64,000 bases of DNA. It comes from Octopus bimaculoides (Eukaryota). The notes under the pieces were generated by a model. It did not search any database. It had not been told where the DNA came from and saw only the letters and a program-made list of their open reading frames with translations. Numbering within the stretch: position 1 is the stretch's first letter; every line of letters starts with the position of its first letter. Both the position numbers and the translations under genes were made by a program. Location of the stretch: positions 7,869,087 to 7,933,086 of the forward strand of contig NC_069000.1 in the NCBI RefSeq assembly GCF_001194135.2. Reading direction: 5' to 3'. Below, piece after piece: positions 50,601 through 64,000 of the stretch.

Positions 50601-52535
50601 AGTGCTGCTTCTACTTACCTATGGTATCTATAAACATGTTAGGAGATTTGAGTCGGCCAAAATATCGTCTTGCTCGGCAGTCTGACTTGTGTTTTTACAT
50701 TTTAAAGTGAATGTTATCAAGAAACTTATTGAGTAACATAAAGAGAAGACATACAATAATGATAATAAATAGATAAATAAATATATCTTGTGAAAAACAG
50801 CACAATTTACTAAGGTAAATAGTAAGAAAATGGTTACAAAAAGAGTAAAAACAGGCAGGAAAAGAAATCAGTAAATAAACAAAATACAGAGGTGTACACA
50901 CATCCTCAATTATACATTGTACCTGAGAACTGCGGCATTATCTGCAGATTATGACAAAACTGAGATACAGAATTAACCAAGCATTACGGATATTTTTCTA
51001 AGTCTGGATGTTAATAAAGTCAAAAGTTCCTTGTCAGTGTTTCAGCTCCTCAGAACGTCTTAAAAGGCTGGAAAATGTAATTTAACAAAAGGTTATAGTA
51101 TTTCAGTGCCTTGTTCAGGATATTTGTCACTTCTGCTACAATATTAAGGGTATCTGATGGAGGAAATAAACTATGCTGGTAGTGGCATCCCATTTGAAAC
51201 ATCTGCTTCTATCGCCCCCCCCTCCCAACCACCACAACAAGTTAAATTCTTTTTGCCCTGGGACAATAGTTGCCCACTGGCTCCATAGTTAAAGGGTTAT
51301 TTACTCCGACTAGGATTTGTTTTATCACTAAGTTTATCTTGTGGCAACCATAGCGACCTGCATTCAGTTGATGACAATATATGAAGCTTAGCAAGAGATT
51401 GGCAGTGCAAACACCTTATTCTCCCAGATTATCTCAGCTCAGAATCTGAGGGTGATGGAGATACAGAGTGCATCTGGGCTAAGTAAACCACAGGCAAATT
51501 ATCAATCTAATCATCAGAAAATTTGGCAGTTGCAGAACAGTGCTTCTCTACGAATTTTTGCCTATGGACCCCTTGATTCCTATTGTACTCAGGTGGACCC
51601 TCATAGCCATTTGATGTCAAAAAGTCTACCTTGGCAGAATTTAATAATGATAAACCAGACATAACAAAAATAGTTAAGGTAAAGAGAAGCTGCTTACTAA
51701 TTGACTCATCATGTCTGTTTGATGCCAGGATTGAAGAGAAAGAGGATGGGAAACTAAAAAAATACAATCCCTTCTGTTGCTGATTAAATTAGGAAAGGTA
51801 GATTGTTTTGTTTCTATTTTAAGATAATTCCTTAACTCATTCAGGGCTAGTTTTAAATTTGTTTTCAATTTACAACTGTGTCTTATCATATAAGACATCA
51901 AATATGATAATCAGATGAGGCAGACAATATTTTCACGTTATAAGAAAAGACAAAAAAAAAAAATGTTTGATGCTTTATAAGAAAAGAAAGAAAGAAAACT
52001 GTTTCATATAATTATCTGTTGATTGGTGCCTCCCCCTCTTTGTTTCACATCATAACTTATTGATTGATGCCTCCCCCTCCCTGATTTCCTGTCACATTTC
52101 TCTGTTGTGTATTTATTTTATTTATTTATTTATTTTCAGAATATCCTGATAAAACTGCTCATGGCCACTTGAACTATGCAATGGAACTGGTGTTATTCTT
52201 CAATATTACATCAATTCTGACTGTTGAATCTGTTTCATAAGAGTTGTAATGTTCATGGTTGGACAACTGAAGCACTACCACCCACAATGGTAAAGCTTTA
52301 CTCCTGCCATGTCTTCAGATTCTAATAGAAATATCTACTGACAGTTTGATGATGATGATGATATGTGGATATTTATACATGGATTAAAGCATAGTCAAAT
52401 CTCTACAGAGAGACCTGCTATGAAATAGTTTAATAATTACTTTGCACTCGCACGTTCCTATCTCTTTGTCTGTGTGTCTATCTTCCATCATCATCAACAA
52501 CATCAGCAGCACATTTTTGTAAGGTATTTTCCAAA

Positions 52536-54569
52536 ATGGCTGAAAACTTCCAATGTAAATATTGTAATGAAATATTTACATCTTTGGCTGATCTTTCACA
52601 GCATAAAAAAATTCATACTTTCTCGTGTGACATTTGTTCCACTGAATTTTTGTACAAATCTTTATTGTCAACACATCTGAGGACACACCTGAAGAAGCCT
52701 TTCAAATGTGCAATATGTTGTCGCAACTTTGCCAAATCAGTGCAGTTCAATGCACACATGAAAACACATGAGACTGTCCCTTGTTATAAATGCGGTTTCT
52801 GTAGCCTCACTTTCACCACAGCTAGCAATATGCTTTGCCATATTGAAGAACATCTGCGTACCCGGTATCAGTGTGGACTCTGCTCCAAAGGGTTTGAGTT
52901 ACTTGATGACCTTTCTGAACACTTGCGACTGCATTTCAAAATAAAATCTCTTGGACAACGCAGTAAAAGACCAACTGTTGTTAGCAACAGTAAAGAAACT
53001 GTATCGGACCCAACCTCTACGTCAACTGTTGCTGATGTCTCTAAGACGTGTGATCCTAATGAAGATAAAAATGGTGATATCACAACTCTGTCTAAGGATT
53101 GCAACGAAGCAGCTAAGCGCAGTGCTAAAGTGCACCAGTGTGAATACTGCAATGCCACATTTAAACGTAAACATCTGTTGACCACTCATCGGAGAATCCA
53201 TACTGGTGACCGGCCATATAAGTGTAGTTATTGTGATAAGAACTTCAGTCGTTATTATGCAATGGTGGCCCATGAAAGACTCCACACTGGAGAACGTCCG
53301 TATAAATGTAACCAATGTGATAAGTCATTTACTGTCTCTAGTCACTTAAATGTTCATTTCAAACTAAAACATATTGGTTTAAGGCCTCATAAATGTGACA
53401 GATGTGACAAAGCTTACCGTAGTCCAGGAGAGCTTCGCATTCACATCCGTTCTCACACTGGGGACCGACCTTTTTCATGTGAGGTCTGTGGGAAAAACTA
53501 TGCAACCCAATGTTCACTGACCATTCATAAAAAGACGCACTCACCAGACAAAAAACCTTACATTTGTGAATTGTGTGGTCTCTCTTATAAGCAGCCGAGC
53601 AGTTTAAGTGTCCATATGCGTACTTCACATGGAAGTGACAAAGAGAAGAAACATCACTGTGAATTCTGTCAAAAGAGCTTTCATATTGCCGGAAGCCTGC
53701 TGCGGCACCGGCGCATCCACACAAACGAAAGACCTTATTTATGTGATCTTTGTGATAAGTCATTTCGGGAATCTTCAGCTCTCAAAACCCACAAAAGGCG
53801 ACAACATCTTGGTGAACGTCCATATCATTGTGATTGTTGCGACAAGTGTTTCTGTACCCAAACGGATCTTACTAGACACAAAAAAACCCACAAAGGTCTT
53901 GCTGTTCTTTCATCTCTGGCAGTTAGTATTGCTGAAAATAAGCTGAAAGATGTACCTACTTCTCAGTCTCTCTATTCAAAACCTACTGAGGAAATCCAAT
54001 TAACTACTTCACAGCTACCAGTAACCATAGCTCAGCCCGTTGTGTCTCCTCTGACTGTGTCTATCCCACAACAAACAATGTCTCCTTTGACTGTTTCTGT
54101 TACACAAGAAGATCCATCTTCCCTAGCAGTACCCATCACTTCTGTATCGAGCTCTCTAGAAGAAATGTATGTGGTACCTCAAACCCCAAATGAAATAACT
54201 TTGTCTCATGATATTTCATTACACCCCGAAGAAACTTGTGAAATAACTGCTTCTCACGCAGTGCAAATATCTGAACAGTTACAAGATGTGTCGGCTGATG
54301 TGTCAATGCCCACTGTCCAGGATGTGACCTTATCACATGACTCTATGGTGGTTGTCACTGACCAGCAGTCACCTGCTATTGGTTCAATGACATTAACATT
54401 ACCTGTCTCCTCTATCCATCAAACTCTTCCCTTACAAAGTGATGTGGCCCTACATTTTTCACCTCAAATGTCTCTGACCATCCCTAACAGCGTTACTTCG
54501 TCACATTCTGTTGTACCAACCACTTCTCAGACAGTAGCTCTCTCACAAGTGGTCCACTCCCTTACGTAG
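52536..54569 (+). CDS. C2H2 zinc-finger protein, 677 aa, 14 fingers (5+9) plus S/T/P/Q-rich C-terminal tail, single coding exon
   Basis: 14 C-x2-C-x12-H-x3/4-H units counted, with TGE/DRP-type linkers; aaaATGG start; putative acceptor tattttcag ending 52139; AATAAA at 55169-55174. Confidence 0.95.
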   Translation: MAENFQCKYCNEIFTSLADLSQHKKIHTFSCDICSTEFLYKSLLSTHLRTHLKKPFKCAICCRNFAKSVQFNAHMKTHETVPCYKCGFCSLTFTTASNMLCHIEEHLRTRYQCGLCSKGFELLDDLSEHLRLHFKIKSLGQRSKRPTVVSNSKETVSDPTSTSTVADVSKTCDPNEDKNGDITTLSKDCNEAAKRSAKVHQCEYCNATFKRKHLLTTHRRIHTGDRPYKCSYCDKNFSRYYAMVAHERLHTGERPYKCNQCDKSFTVSSHLNVHFKLKHIGLRPHKCDRCDKAYRSPGELRIHIRSHTGDRPFSCEVCGKNYATQCSLTIHKKTHSPDKKPYICELCGLSYKQPSSLSVHMRTSHGSDKEKKHHCEFCQKSFHIAGSLLRHRRIHTNERPYLCDLCDKSFRESSALKTHKRRQHLGERPYHCDCCDKCFCTQTDLTRHKKTHKGLAVLSSLAVSIAENKLKDVPTSQSLYSKPTEEIQLTTSQLPVTIAQPVVSPLTVSIPQQTMSPLTVSVTQEDPSSLAVPITSVSSSLEEMYVVPQTPNEITLSHDISLHPEETCEITASHAVQISEQLQDVSADVSMPTVQDVTLSHDSMVVVTDQQSPAIGSMTLTLPVSSIHQTLPLQSDVALHFSPQMSLTIPNSVTSSHSVVPTTSQTVALSQVVHSLT

Positions 54570-55917
54570 TGTGGAAACGAGTTATAAATCTTGTAATTTT
54601 GGCTACTGGATGTTTAGCAGGTACTCCAAATGTCATTCAAGCCTGACAAGTATTGTAATGACAAACCTGACGTAGATATCTTGTTTTGATGAAAAACCTG
54701 ACCTTGATGTCGGTAACATGACACTATTAATAATAACTGTTACCATGGTGATAGTTACATCAGTCTACTTAGCATTGACTCTCTATTTAGCGTTGATTCT
54801 ACTTAGCAGTGACTCTCAACTCCAATCTGGGTCAGCTTAAAAACCTTCTGCATTAATTTTGGATTTGTAAATCAATCCAGTTGTTGTCGGTGGGTCAAGA
54901 AGAGATCATTAAATAAGGAGAGAGGAAATGATACCTTCAATGAGTTTGTTGTTATAAATGAATGTAAGTTGTTCTCATTAATTAGTTTTTCTGTTAATTA
55001 AAGAACACAAGAAATCCATTCAGCATCTAATTAAACCCACTCCCCTCACTTCAAAAATCACGTTCAGTTATGTTCAGTTTGTGGAAACAAGGAAGAATTC
55101 CAATTAATTTATTTATTTCAATTTCTATTTTCAATCATTGAACTTTACATAAATGTTCAATTTTGAGAAATAAACAGCAATTTTATATTTTTGACATCAT
55201 GTTTTATCTCATTTCTTTCTTGATTTGGTTTAATCTTGGTTGTTTTTTTTTTAATGTTGGTCAGTTATTTTTAGTGTTTTGACAGAAAAAAAGTCATTGT
55301 AAAATCGTTTTTTAATGTAAGCATGCCCAAACAAGTCGAATGCTTACACAGAGTAGGTTTTACAGCCACATCATCCAAACCGACTGGGTGAAACTGGGCT
55401 TAGCTGCTAGTATATATATATATATATATATATATATTTTATATATTGATATATTGATATATATATTTATGTTTATATATATTTATATATATATATAGAT
55501 AGATGTCNNNNNNNNNNNNNNNNNNNNNNNNNNNNNNNNNNNNNNNNNNNNNNNNNNNNNNNNNNNNNNNNNNNNNNNNNNNNNNNNNNNNNNNNNNNNN
55601 NNNNNNNNNNNNNNNNNNNNNNNNNNNNNNNNNNNNNNNNNNNNNNNNNNNNNNNNNNNNNNNNNNNNNNNNNNNNNNNNNNNNNNNNNNNNNNNNNNNN
55701 NNNNNNNNNNNNNNNCTCTCTCTCTATATATATATATATATATTTATATGTATTTATATATGTTTATTTATCTATTTATAATGCACTAATACCTTGACAT
55801 CCTTGTTACTTATTTGCTTTTTATTCACCTAACTTCATGCTGTGCATACAATACCGGACTGACTTGGTGCCTCAACCTAAGTGCCTAATTCAACTGAATC
55901 TGAATTATTTCTATATG

Positions 55918-56127
55918 GGTGCAGGAGTGGCTGTGTGGTAAGTAGCTTGCTTACCAACCACATGGTAAAAGCACCCACTACACTCTCAGAGTGGTTGGCA
56001 TTAGGAAGGGCATCCAGCTGTAGAAACTCTGCCAGATCAGATTGGAGCCTGGTGCAGCCATCTGGTTCGCCAGTCCTCAGTCAAACCGTCCAACCCATGC
56101 TAGCATGGAAGGCGGACGTTAAACGAA

Positions 56128-56128
<1 letters not shown>
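55918..56128 (+). mobile_element. SINE with a family C tRNA-like head joined directly to a family A tail
   Basis: ggtgcaggagtggctgtgtggtaagtagcttgcttaccaaccacatgg|taaaagcaccc...gttaaacga. Confidence 0.75.
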
Positions 56129-56175
<47 letters not shown>

Positions 56176-56559
56176 AAACATGTATCAGAAAGAAGCAGAC
56201 TCGAAGAAAAAGAGCAGTAATTATTACAACAAAATTTTTCTATATAGAGTTACCCTAGGTTTCCTACCCACAAAGCCAAAGCCTTGTGGACAGCTTGTCA
56301 GACTCCATATGAATACAAAATTTGAAATATCTACATTGCAGACGTGAGGAAACGCTCAGAACTAGAGGAATACGATTAAACGTTAACGAGGATGGATTAT
56401 TTCCCCTTAATCAGAGGTGGGGGGACCTTAGGCTTAACGAGCAAACAAGGAGATCCAATTTTCTAGTAAGTAGTACTTAAAGCGGATGCATTTAGAAAAC
56501 ACTTCTTTACAGCTGTTTAATGCACCAGGCTTCTAAAGAATTTTGGTTCTCTCCGTGAT

Positions 56560-56800
56560 GCAGGATTTGAATTCTTAGTGTCTTTAGTCCATTTCTCTAT
56601 TGTCTCATTCTCCTTGAACTTGTGGGAAATACCGATATTAAACCCTTCTTAGTTATCCAGCTGTTGTCAGACAGGCGGGGAAGGGGTGTCTTGTGCCTTG
56701 CCCATGTCCAGTGCAGAGTCAGAGGTATATTATTATCAGCACCATTCAAACGTGATCGATGCCAGTACTGCCTAACTGGTCCTCGTGCACGCACGCACCC
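56560..56800 (-). mobile_element. Possible RTE-clade LINE fragment
   Basis: WTWARH...RLSDNSWITK resembles the RTE RT C-terminus WxWAGHxxRxxDNRWTK. Confidence 0.35.
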
Positions 56801-57099
56801 AAGTAGTCTCTTGCCAAATTACTTAAGTTACCTCCCTTGCATATTCAGCGCGAGTTCTGAAAAGGAATTAGTTCCCTTCACATTACAGAAGCCACAACTT
56901 TCTTATGTAAATAAGAGTCATCTCCCTTACATAATTTCTTCTAATGTTTTGAGTTCAAATCCCACTGGAGTCAACTTTGCTTTTCATACTTCTGGGTCTA
57001 TAAGAACCGCGATCGATGTAATTGACTAAGCCACCCACCTCACTAAAATTACTTAATATTTAGATGAATATGAAAATAATTTTGTGTGTCGAAGAGATG

Positions 57100-58660
57100 T
57101 AGACAAGTTCCACAACCAAACTGACACTGTTTCTTACACCATACCAAATTGTAATTCCTTTACCACAATATAGTCATCTCACTAGACATCTCACCCACCA
57201 CACCCCGAGCTTTTTGATCTAGTCACCAATTAGTGTGGTCACACTGTGGAGAGCTTTTACTTTCCTAAACATCTCTTGGTTGGAACTTGTTGCACTTTGC
57301 TACTTTTATCAAAGCTATGGACAAGAGCAATTCTGTGAGCACTGTATGCAATAAGTTCATTATATATATATTATATTAAACCACTTTGCAACTTCTTAAT
57401 CTCTTGAAAACACTAACTTGTATCCTCCTTTCCACAACCATCAACCAGGTCATCCATTCACCATGTACTCTTACCACCAACACCTACTTCCATATGCCTA
57501 ACAAATCTCATCAACATTTATCTCCACATCCAATTGCTTCGTCAAATTCATGGTCCAAATATCCAAGTTCTTATTCTTGCTTCCACTCCTCTTCTCATCA
57601 AACACCCGATAAAACAGCCATACCTTTCACTGGCCCACCACAGCTCTTTTTCACAATGGATGTTAAGTTCTGCCATCATTGCTATGGTGATTAACTTTCA
57701 ATGCTCAAATTAATCCATTGTACTCAGCATCTCAACTTCACCTTCAACTTGTGCCATCGAGTTACAGGAGTGACCACACACATCAGCTGAGTTAATCTGA
57801 TTTGGGTCAAGTGGAGGATAGCAAGAGCTCTGTCCCGAGTTGTATAGACTCAGAGCTGGTTTCCTAGTTTCTGTGGCACCTATATTTCCCCTGGACAGGA
57901 CGTCAGTCCACCAATTACTCATTTTTGCCAGCTGGATGGACCGGAGCAATGTGATATGAAATGTTTTGTCAAAGAATACAATACATTGCTCAGTCCAGGA
58001 ATTGAAATCCCAATGTTATGATCATGGACCCAACACCTTAACCACCAAGCCATGCACCTCCATGGTAAAGTGGAGGCCTCAGAGTCCAGCAACTCACCTC
58101 AGAGCTATAAGATCATTAAAGTGACCACTGTTTCAGTGTCACCTTCAAACACCTTTCTTCCATATTCACTTCTGTCACCCCTGCCAACTTCCCAAACACC
58201 TCTGCCATTCCTGTCAGTTTCGTAAACACCTCTGTCTTTTACAAATCTCCTGACTCCCACTCCTACCTCGATTTTACTCCATTCCAACCTAATTATCACA
58301 AATGGCCATTCCTTCTCACAACACATCCACTCCTGCAGTCAACACCGTCTTTGATGTCCAGTCACACTACACGATCTATTTTTTTACAACAATATGGCTA
58401 ACCCCAACCTAATGGCAATGCTATTTGCTGTTATACTTTCAATATTGATCAACCTACACCCTTTTGTCTCTCCATCACCAGCCATCTTCACTTCCTCTTC
58501 ACCTTCCCTCCCACCAACCAACATTTCCAGAGCATCAACCCACACAACTTCTGTCTCTTCTAATGTGACCCTACCACTGTCCACGTCTTATCTACCTTCA
58601 CTCCACTACTTCCTGTCTAAAATTAAAACTGGTTTCGACTTCTTGATGAAGGACCATTGT
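57100..58660 (+). mobile_element. Heavily decayed CR1/L2-type LINE reverse-transcriptase remnant interrupted by a SINE
   Basis: Broken frames give MDKSNSVSTV (resembles LDxGxSVDxxYLDF) and GPPQLFFTMDVKFCHHCYGD (resembles GPLLFxxYINDL..YADD); by-eye similarity only. Confidence 0.4.
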
Positions 58661-58929
58661 TCAAAATATTGATTTATCTTTGTTTGCAACACATTACATT
58701 AGCTTTGATGTGTCTGATCTGGATATAATGGGTAACAGAGACAATATTTTCCTAGTTCTAGTATATTTAGAGGAGCAGGATTTGCTGTGCATTGCCAGAG
58801 ATGTGTGATATTGTAATCTGGACGATACAGTTGGCAATTTCTGGATCTATTTAATGTGATAGTCATTTAAAACTTTGCCTACAATGGGACTCACTGTGAC
58901 TCCCCACACTACTTAGACCCCCTTTGGTC

Positions 58930-59250
58930 ATGACTGACCATGGGATTGCACCTAGAAAGTTACCCTTCCAAGGCACAAGTCTGGGCAAGGTTGTTTATGG
59001 AAGACCAGCAGTCACCCATGCATACCAGCTTCCCCTCTTCACACCACTGTTATCCAAGGGAAAGGCAAAGGCTGATACAGCTTGGCACCTGTGACGTCGC
59101 AACTCATTTCTACAGCTGAATGAACTGGAGCAATGTGAAGTAAAATATCTTGCTCAAGAACACAACATTCAGCCCGGTCCGGGATTCAAACTCACAGCCT
59201 CACGATAGTAAGCTCGACACTCTAACCACTGAGCCATGCGCCTTCACTGA
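58930..59250 (-). mobile_element. tRNA-derived SINE family E
   Basis: catggctcagtggttagagtg...gtttgaatcccggaccg...tcttgagcaag; related copies at 30300-30650 (-), 44630-44900 (+) and 57770-58072 (-). Confidence 0.7.
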
Positions 59251-60199
59251 GCCATGTGGCTTCACTCCCCACACTATGCTCATAATATAGTATGAGAGTC
59301 ACCAGTGACTCCCAATGGTGAGGCTTTTTTTTTATGAAGCCTCATATTATTGTGGTTCAAACTACATTATCTGAATTCTAGGAAATATACAGAACACATG
59401 TTTCATATTTCTTTTAGATGGTTTTCCATTTGAAATAACAGAAGCTGAGATAGGACCTGGTAGGAAGGATGAAAGTCACTGTCATCTCCATTATTGGAAT
59501 TCTGCTCTCCATAAAACAATGCTTTTTTGAAAAAGAAACTGAAATATAATGTATTGAAAAAAAAAAAAAAAAAAAAAAAAAAGAAAAATAGAATAAATGA
59601 AAAAAAACAACCCCAAAACAAAAAAAAAACAATCCATAAATGCAGATATAATGGACATTTTAACACTTTTAACTTGTGTAACACTGGTTAACTCCTGCTG
59701 TACAGAATGACTTTAATATTCGTTCTATATGCATGCTATAAATCAATGTGGTAGTTTATATAGTGAACTAGAAGAAATATATGGCTAAAAAATTTAAAAA
59801 GCACATAATTTATAACAAAATTAGAGTGTTGGTGCAAAAAGAAATATGGCACAAAATGGATTTGGTAGACAAAGTGTTAACAGGGTTCAAAATCCAGAGT
59901 TCACCTTGTTTTCTCTGTTATGCATTCTGCTTCTTCTTCTTCTTTATTGATCATGAATAGGTCCAGTTTTAATAAAATTTGAAACTGGTAGCCTCATATA
60001 TCATTCTTAATCATCAAACATAAAAAAATTTTATTGCTATCTCTTGGCTTCCTTTTACTGACCAACTTCTAAATTTGAACACGTGATGTGCCCTTGGTGG
60101 TTAACCATAACAGGGAAGACAATCTCTTCTAGATTAAATTGACTTTAGACAGATTTGAAAATTAGATCAAAAACCAAAGGTGTACGGAGCATATACATT

Positions 60200-61320
60200 T
60201 GATATATTTTTTTTTTACACAATATAAAATTCTTATATTTGAGTTTTTCTCTCCAAATTTTGCAGTGGGGCTCTGAAGAGAATTGGTTCTATGTATGACT
60301 TGTGAAGCTATAAGATTTGAGTGTAGTTACACTGGTCCCATCTTTTGTTATGGGATGTTGATCTTCAGTTAGCATTCTATGGCAACCTGTACTCACTTAA
60401 ACGGCTGTAGTGTATGCTATGTCCAATACGAGGTTGCTCCCCACTGGGCTTGAGTAACCAATGTACAGCTTCAGTTCCAGATTGGAGATGTAAATGGTTG
60501 GTTGGAATAACCAAGTGTAATGATGTGTGTGACTCATTTCTATCTTTTCCTGGAAATTCTGAGTGTTTTTCTAACAGCGAGGGGTGGGAATGGGTAACAA
60601 TGTTTTCCACTCTTGAAGGGTTGCTTTGGTCCTCTTTAAAGTGGGCCTTGAGCCTCTTGCTAATGATAACCATAAAGAGGCCCACAGGGGAGGGGGGATG
60701 TAGAGTCTGACATGCTTACCACATGTCTGTGCCCTGTACAGCACAAATTCAATCTGGTTGGTGTTGCTTCAACAGAGGATTTGGGAGTATATAATCTTCT
60801 GTAGAGACTGGATGTTATAAAGAGTCAGCACACAGTCTTACTCCCTGAACAAGCCATACAGTAACCTTTTTCAGATATTCATTGAACCAGTAACAGACCA
60901 GCAAAAGACAAAAGTACCATACAGATTTGCCTGTCTTGTTTTTGTACACTTCGACGATGTTAGCATGTTTTCCATACTGGAGAATATATTTCCTTGTTGC
61001 CTGCTTCTCTTATATAAAACTCTTGTACATAGGCAACCGTCCTCCTACAATATCTCTGTTGGAATATTGTTGGCTTAGAAGATTTCTTGTTTTTAAATTT
61101 TTCATGGCAGCAAATGTAGTGGTGGTTGGACACTTCACAAAATTCCTCCAGGATTTCTGAATAACCTGGTTGAAGTTTTCTCCCAAATTCTCTGCTGCTG
61201 TCGACTGGTCTTTCAGTAGAAATGTGCAGTCTGCTGAATGGTGCTGTGGAAATGATCCTGGTACCATAGAATATCTTCTGGTACCATAGAGTATCTTGCA
61301 TCATAGGAATTGTGCACACA
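60200..61320 (-). mobile_element. Possible decayed Penelope-like element (GIY-YIG region)
   Basis: Frameshifted fragments FPPLAVRKTLR (resembles PLxAFRRxxNLR) and GPV*LHSNL (resembles PVAxHFN); weak. Confidence 0.3.
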
Positions 61321-61947
61321 CATTATTCAGTAGCAACAAATATACTGTTTTACTGACGAGGCATTGTTTGCAGAAGTGTGAGAACTTTACACTTATCTCT
61401 CCCGAGTGAGGCATAGAACAAAAGCTTCATGGTTTCCATGAACCAGAGTGGGGCAACAGCTGACATGCTCAGGGAGAGAAATGCTCCCTTCAACAAGTTT
61501 AACCCACAACTCCTATAAAGCTAATCAGTCTATTTTACGTACATGCTGAGTGCAACTATTCATCAAATGTTATTAAACAAATGCATGATGCATCGGGGGA
61601 GTGGGGTTGGGGTCTCCTCTCATGAAACAAATAGATATAGGGTGGAAGACATGCACAACTAGACACTCACCGCAAACAATGGAAAAAATTAACTTGCAGA
61701 AGGGAGACAGATACAATCTGGGTTAACCAAGAAATTTCATAAATTATTCAATAACAATATAAAAATTAAACTATTTCTCTAAGAGAAGTAACTTCACTGC
61801 CAAACCACAAAATCCATCAATATTTACAAACCGAAGAGGAAATGTCTAGAAATGTTGAAACTCAGAGTTGCGCCCCTTAGATAAGTTGTCTATCATATAC
61901 GAAGAAATCACAAAGGAAAATGTTTGGTAAGACTGTTTCACATCAGT

Positions 61948-62143
61948 CTAATCCGTTAGCCTTCAGATTATTGCCAAATGTAATGCTTATTTATTCAAAT
62001 CGTTTTGAATCAATCATGCATTATCTCATAGCTTTGAGATTTTGATGATGTAATTGTTTATTTTTAGAACATACATCGTAGGTTTGAGAGGTCCAGATCT
62101 GGTTGGTTTGAACATAAAACAAGTTCAAATGTTAAAGGGTTCA
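61948..62143. mobile_element. Second, more decayed copy of the piggyBac-type element
   Basis: Internal similarity to 43559-43775 (aaatgtaatgctt, aatcatgcatt, atagctttga, gatctggttgg, aaagggtt). Confidence 0.6.
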
Positions 62144-62439
62144 GAAACTTAACTTCAGATCCGGCTTTACGAACATACGCGCTCTTTCGTCCCCCACCCC
62201 CTTAGACATTGTCACTCCGTTCAGAAACACTGCAATCAATAATGAACAGGAAAACGCAACTGATCAACTTGCAGATATATTATCATATATTTTGTTTTCT
62301 CTTTCCAGAACATTTAATGCAGAAACATTGCACATCATTGTGACACGTCACCATCTTGTCTTTTGCCTACCATAAAAGTTTGCTATGTATAAATTTTTGG
62401 TTTCCTGCAAGTTACACTATAGCAGTAACTACTGGCTCT

Positions 62440-62474
<35 letters not shown>

Positions 62475-64000
62475 GAGGGGTGGGCAAAAGTAGGTACACA
62501 ATTGCTTAATATGAGTGGAATGTTCTTTACATTTCTCTATTTCTTTTATAAACCTAAGTGGTTCATCAGTTGACTAATGATTCTGTGGGAGAAGCCTAGT
62601 TCATTGGGAGCACTACTTTTTATTTCTGCTGATTTTGAGTGAATGCTTAAGCCACAAGCATTTCATTTTTCACTATATCTACCCTCCACCCTTGTCCACC
62701 ACCCATATCTCTGACCTCTTCTACTTCTATCATTATATGTCTTTCATTCTCCCACTCTTGCACTCTTTACTCACCAATCCCTGCCTGTCATAGCCCTATC
62801 TCTCATCTTTCCTTTACCTCCTACTGTTTTATTATTATTCATCCTTCTCTTCATCCTTTCTCTAATGCCAGTCATCACCTCCTCACCCTTGAGTCACTTC
62901 TATTGATATCCATTCCTCATTCTTATCATCTTCCCTCAATTCATATTTACTATCGACCATTCCTCCACCCATGTTCACCGTTCATTGCATTTACCCTTAC
63001 ATTCTTCTCTAACCATCCTTTACTTACCTCACAGACTCTTTCAACCATTACTCACTCACTCCCCCTTCCTGATCTTCTGTCCCACATCATTCTCTTCTAT
63101 TCACCTTCTTATACCTTGAGTTCACAGTCTGACACCTCACCATTACCATCTCTATCTCCTTCAGTTACTTCACCCACACTTATACAATGTAAGGCAACCA
63201 CATAACTCCTCTACAGCAACAAAACTGTTCTTGTTCTTTCTTTCATTCTCTAACAACGCCACCTCCCATTGTGCTATACCCCCACTCAGTTGAGGGGCTT
63301 TTTAGTGATGATCTCACTTATAGTGGTGCCATGAAAAATACCCCAGTACGGTTTGTAAAGTGGTTGGCATTAGGAAGGGCATCCAGCCATAGAAACCATG
63401 CCAAAGGAGACATTTGAATACAACACATCCTCCGACTTGTCAGTTCATGTTGAACCATCCAACCCATGCCAGCATAGCAGACGGATGTTAGAGGATGATG
63501 ATGATGATGATGATAATGATACACACACACACACACATGTATGTAAGTATATATGTGTTTACATATGTACACACACACACACACACAATGTATATCTGAA
63601 TATATATATGTCTCTATGGGTGTGTGTGTTATTTGGTATTGTTGGTAAATTTATTGTAAAACAACAAAGCATTGACTGATGGTGGGATTCTATTCATTTA
63701 GTTGAGTAGAAAATCTTATTGTTAATATTGGATTGACTGGGGCTTCAAGTTTCACCTTTAATAGCTTATTCAACCAGTCGCCTGACTGAATAAGCTGTTG
63801 AAAGCAAAACTTGAATACCCAGTCAATCCATAGTTTATACACACACACACACACACACACGTAAACATACAAAGATGCACGCACAAATGCATGTACACGC
63901 ACACACAAACAAAACATGCATGCACACATACACACACACCACATACACAGCATGCCATTTCTAATGTGTATATTATGTACATCTTTCAATAAAGATTAAA

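Noticed and set aside
52868-54336. Alternative-frame and antisense ORFs inside the ZNF gene
   Set aside because: Shadows of the long ZNF ORF with no domain features.
60300-60320. 15-mer gtgaagctataagat shared with the 26.3 kb hammerhead copy
   Set aside because: No core or GAAAC; a single 15-mer pair match in 64 kb is expected by chance.
1-64000. CRISPR-like or prokaryotic defence interpretation of the periodic repeats
   Set aside because: Eukaryotic spliced genes; the periodic arrays have no unique spacers or cas genes and are minisatellites.

Overview
AT-rich, microsatellite-laden eukaryotic DNA with many N-gaps. The repeat families, the C2H2-ZNF architecture and the gap style suggest an Octopus assembly; this is inference, not checked. 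Four protein-coding genes are supported. (1) An 8-coding-exon SLC29A4/ENT4 (PMAT) orthologue on the minus strand (13594->5668; 1701 nt, 566 aa, all GT-AG with consistent phases). (2) A single-coding-exon MOLO1/TPM-family protein (36592->35846, minus). (3) A single-coding-exon CARD-caspase with an atypical QACRD motif and a very short linker (46697->45498, minus). (4) A 14-finger C2H2 zinc-finger gene (52536->54569, plus). The rest is tRNA-derived SINEs of several families, MITE-like palindromes, decayed LINE/Penelope-like fragments and minisatellites. The strongest unexplained signal is a family of minimal type-I hammerhead-ribozyme motifs sharing a palindromic ACAGCTGT stem III. One copy has an intact core and lies in sense orientation inside SLC29A4 intron 6 (7457->7410); two mutated relatives lie at 26.3 and 30.8 kb. 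All calls come from reading the sequence by eye; no searches or folding programs were run, and repeat boundaries are approximate.
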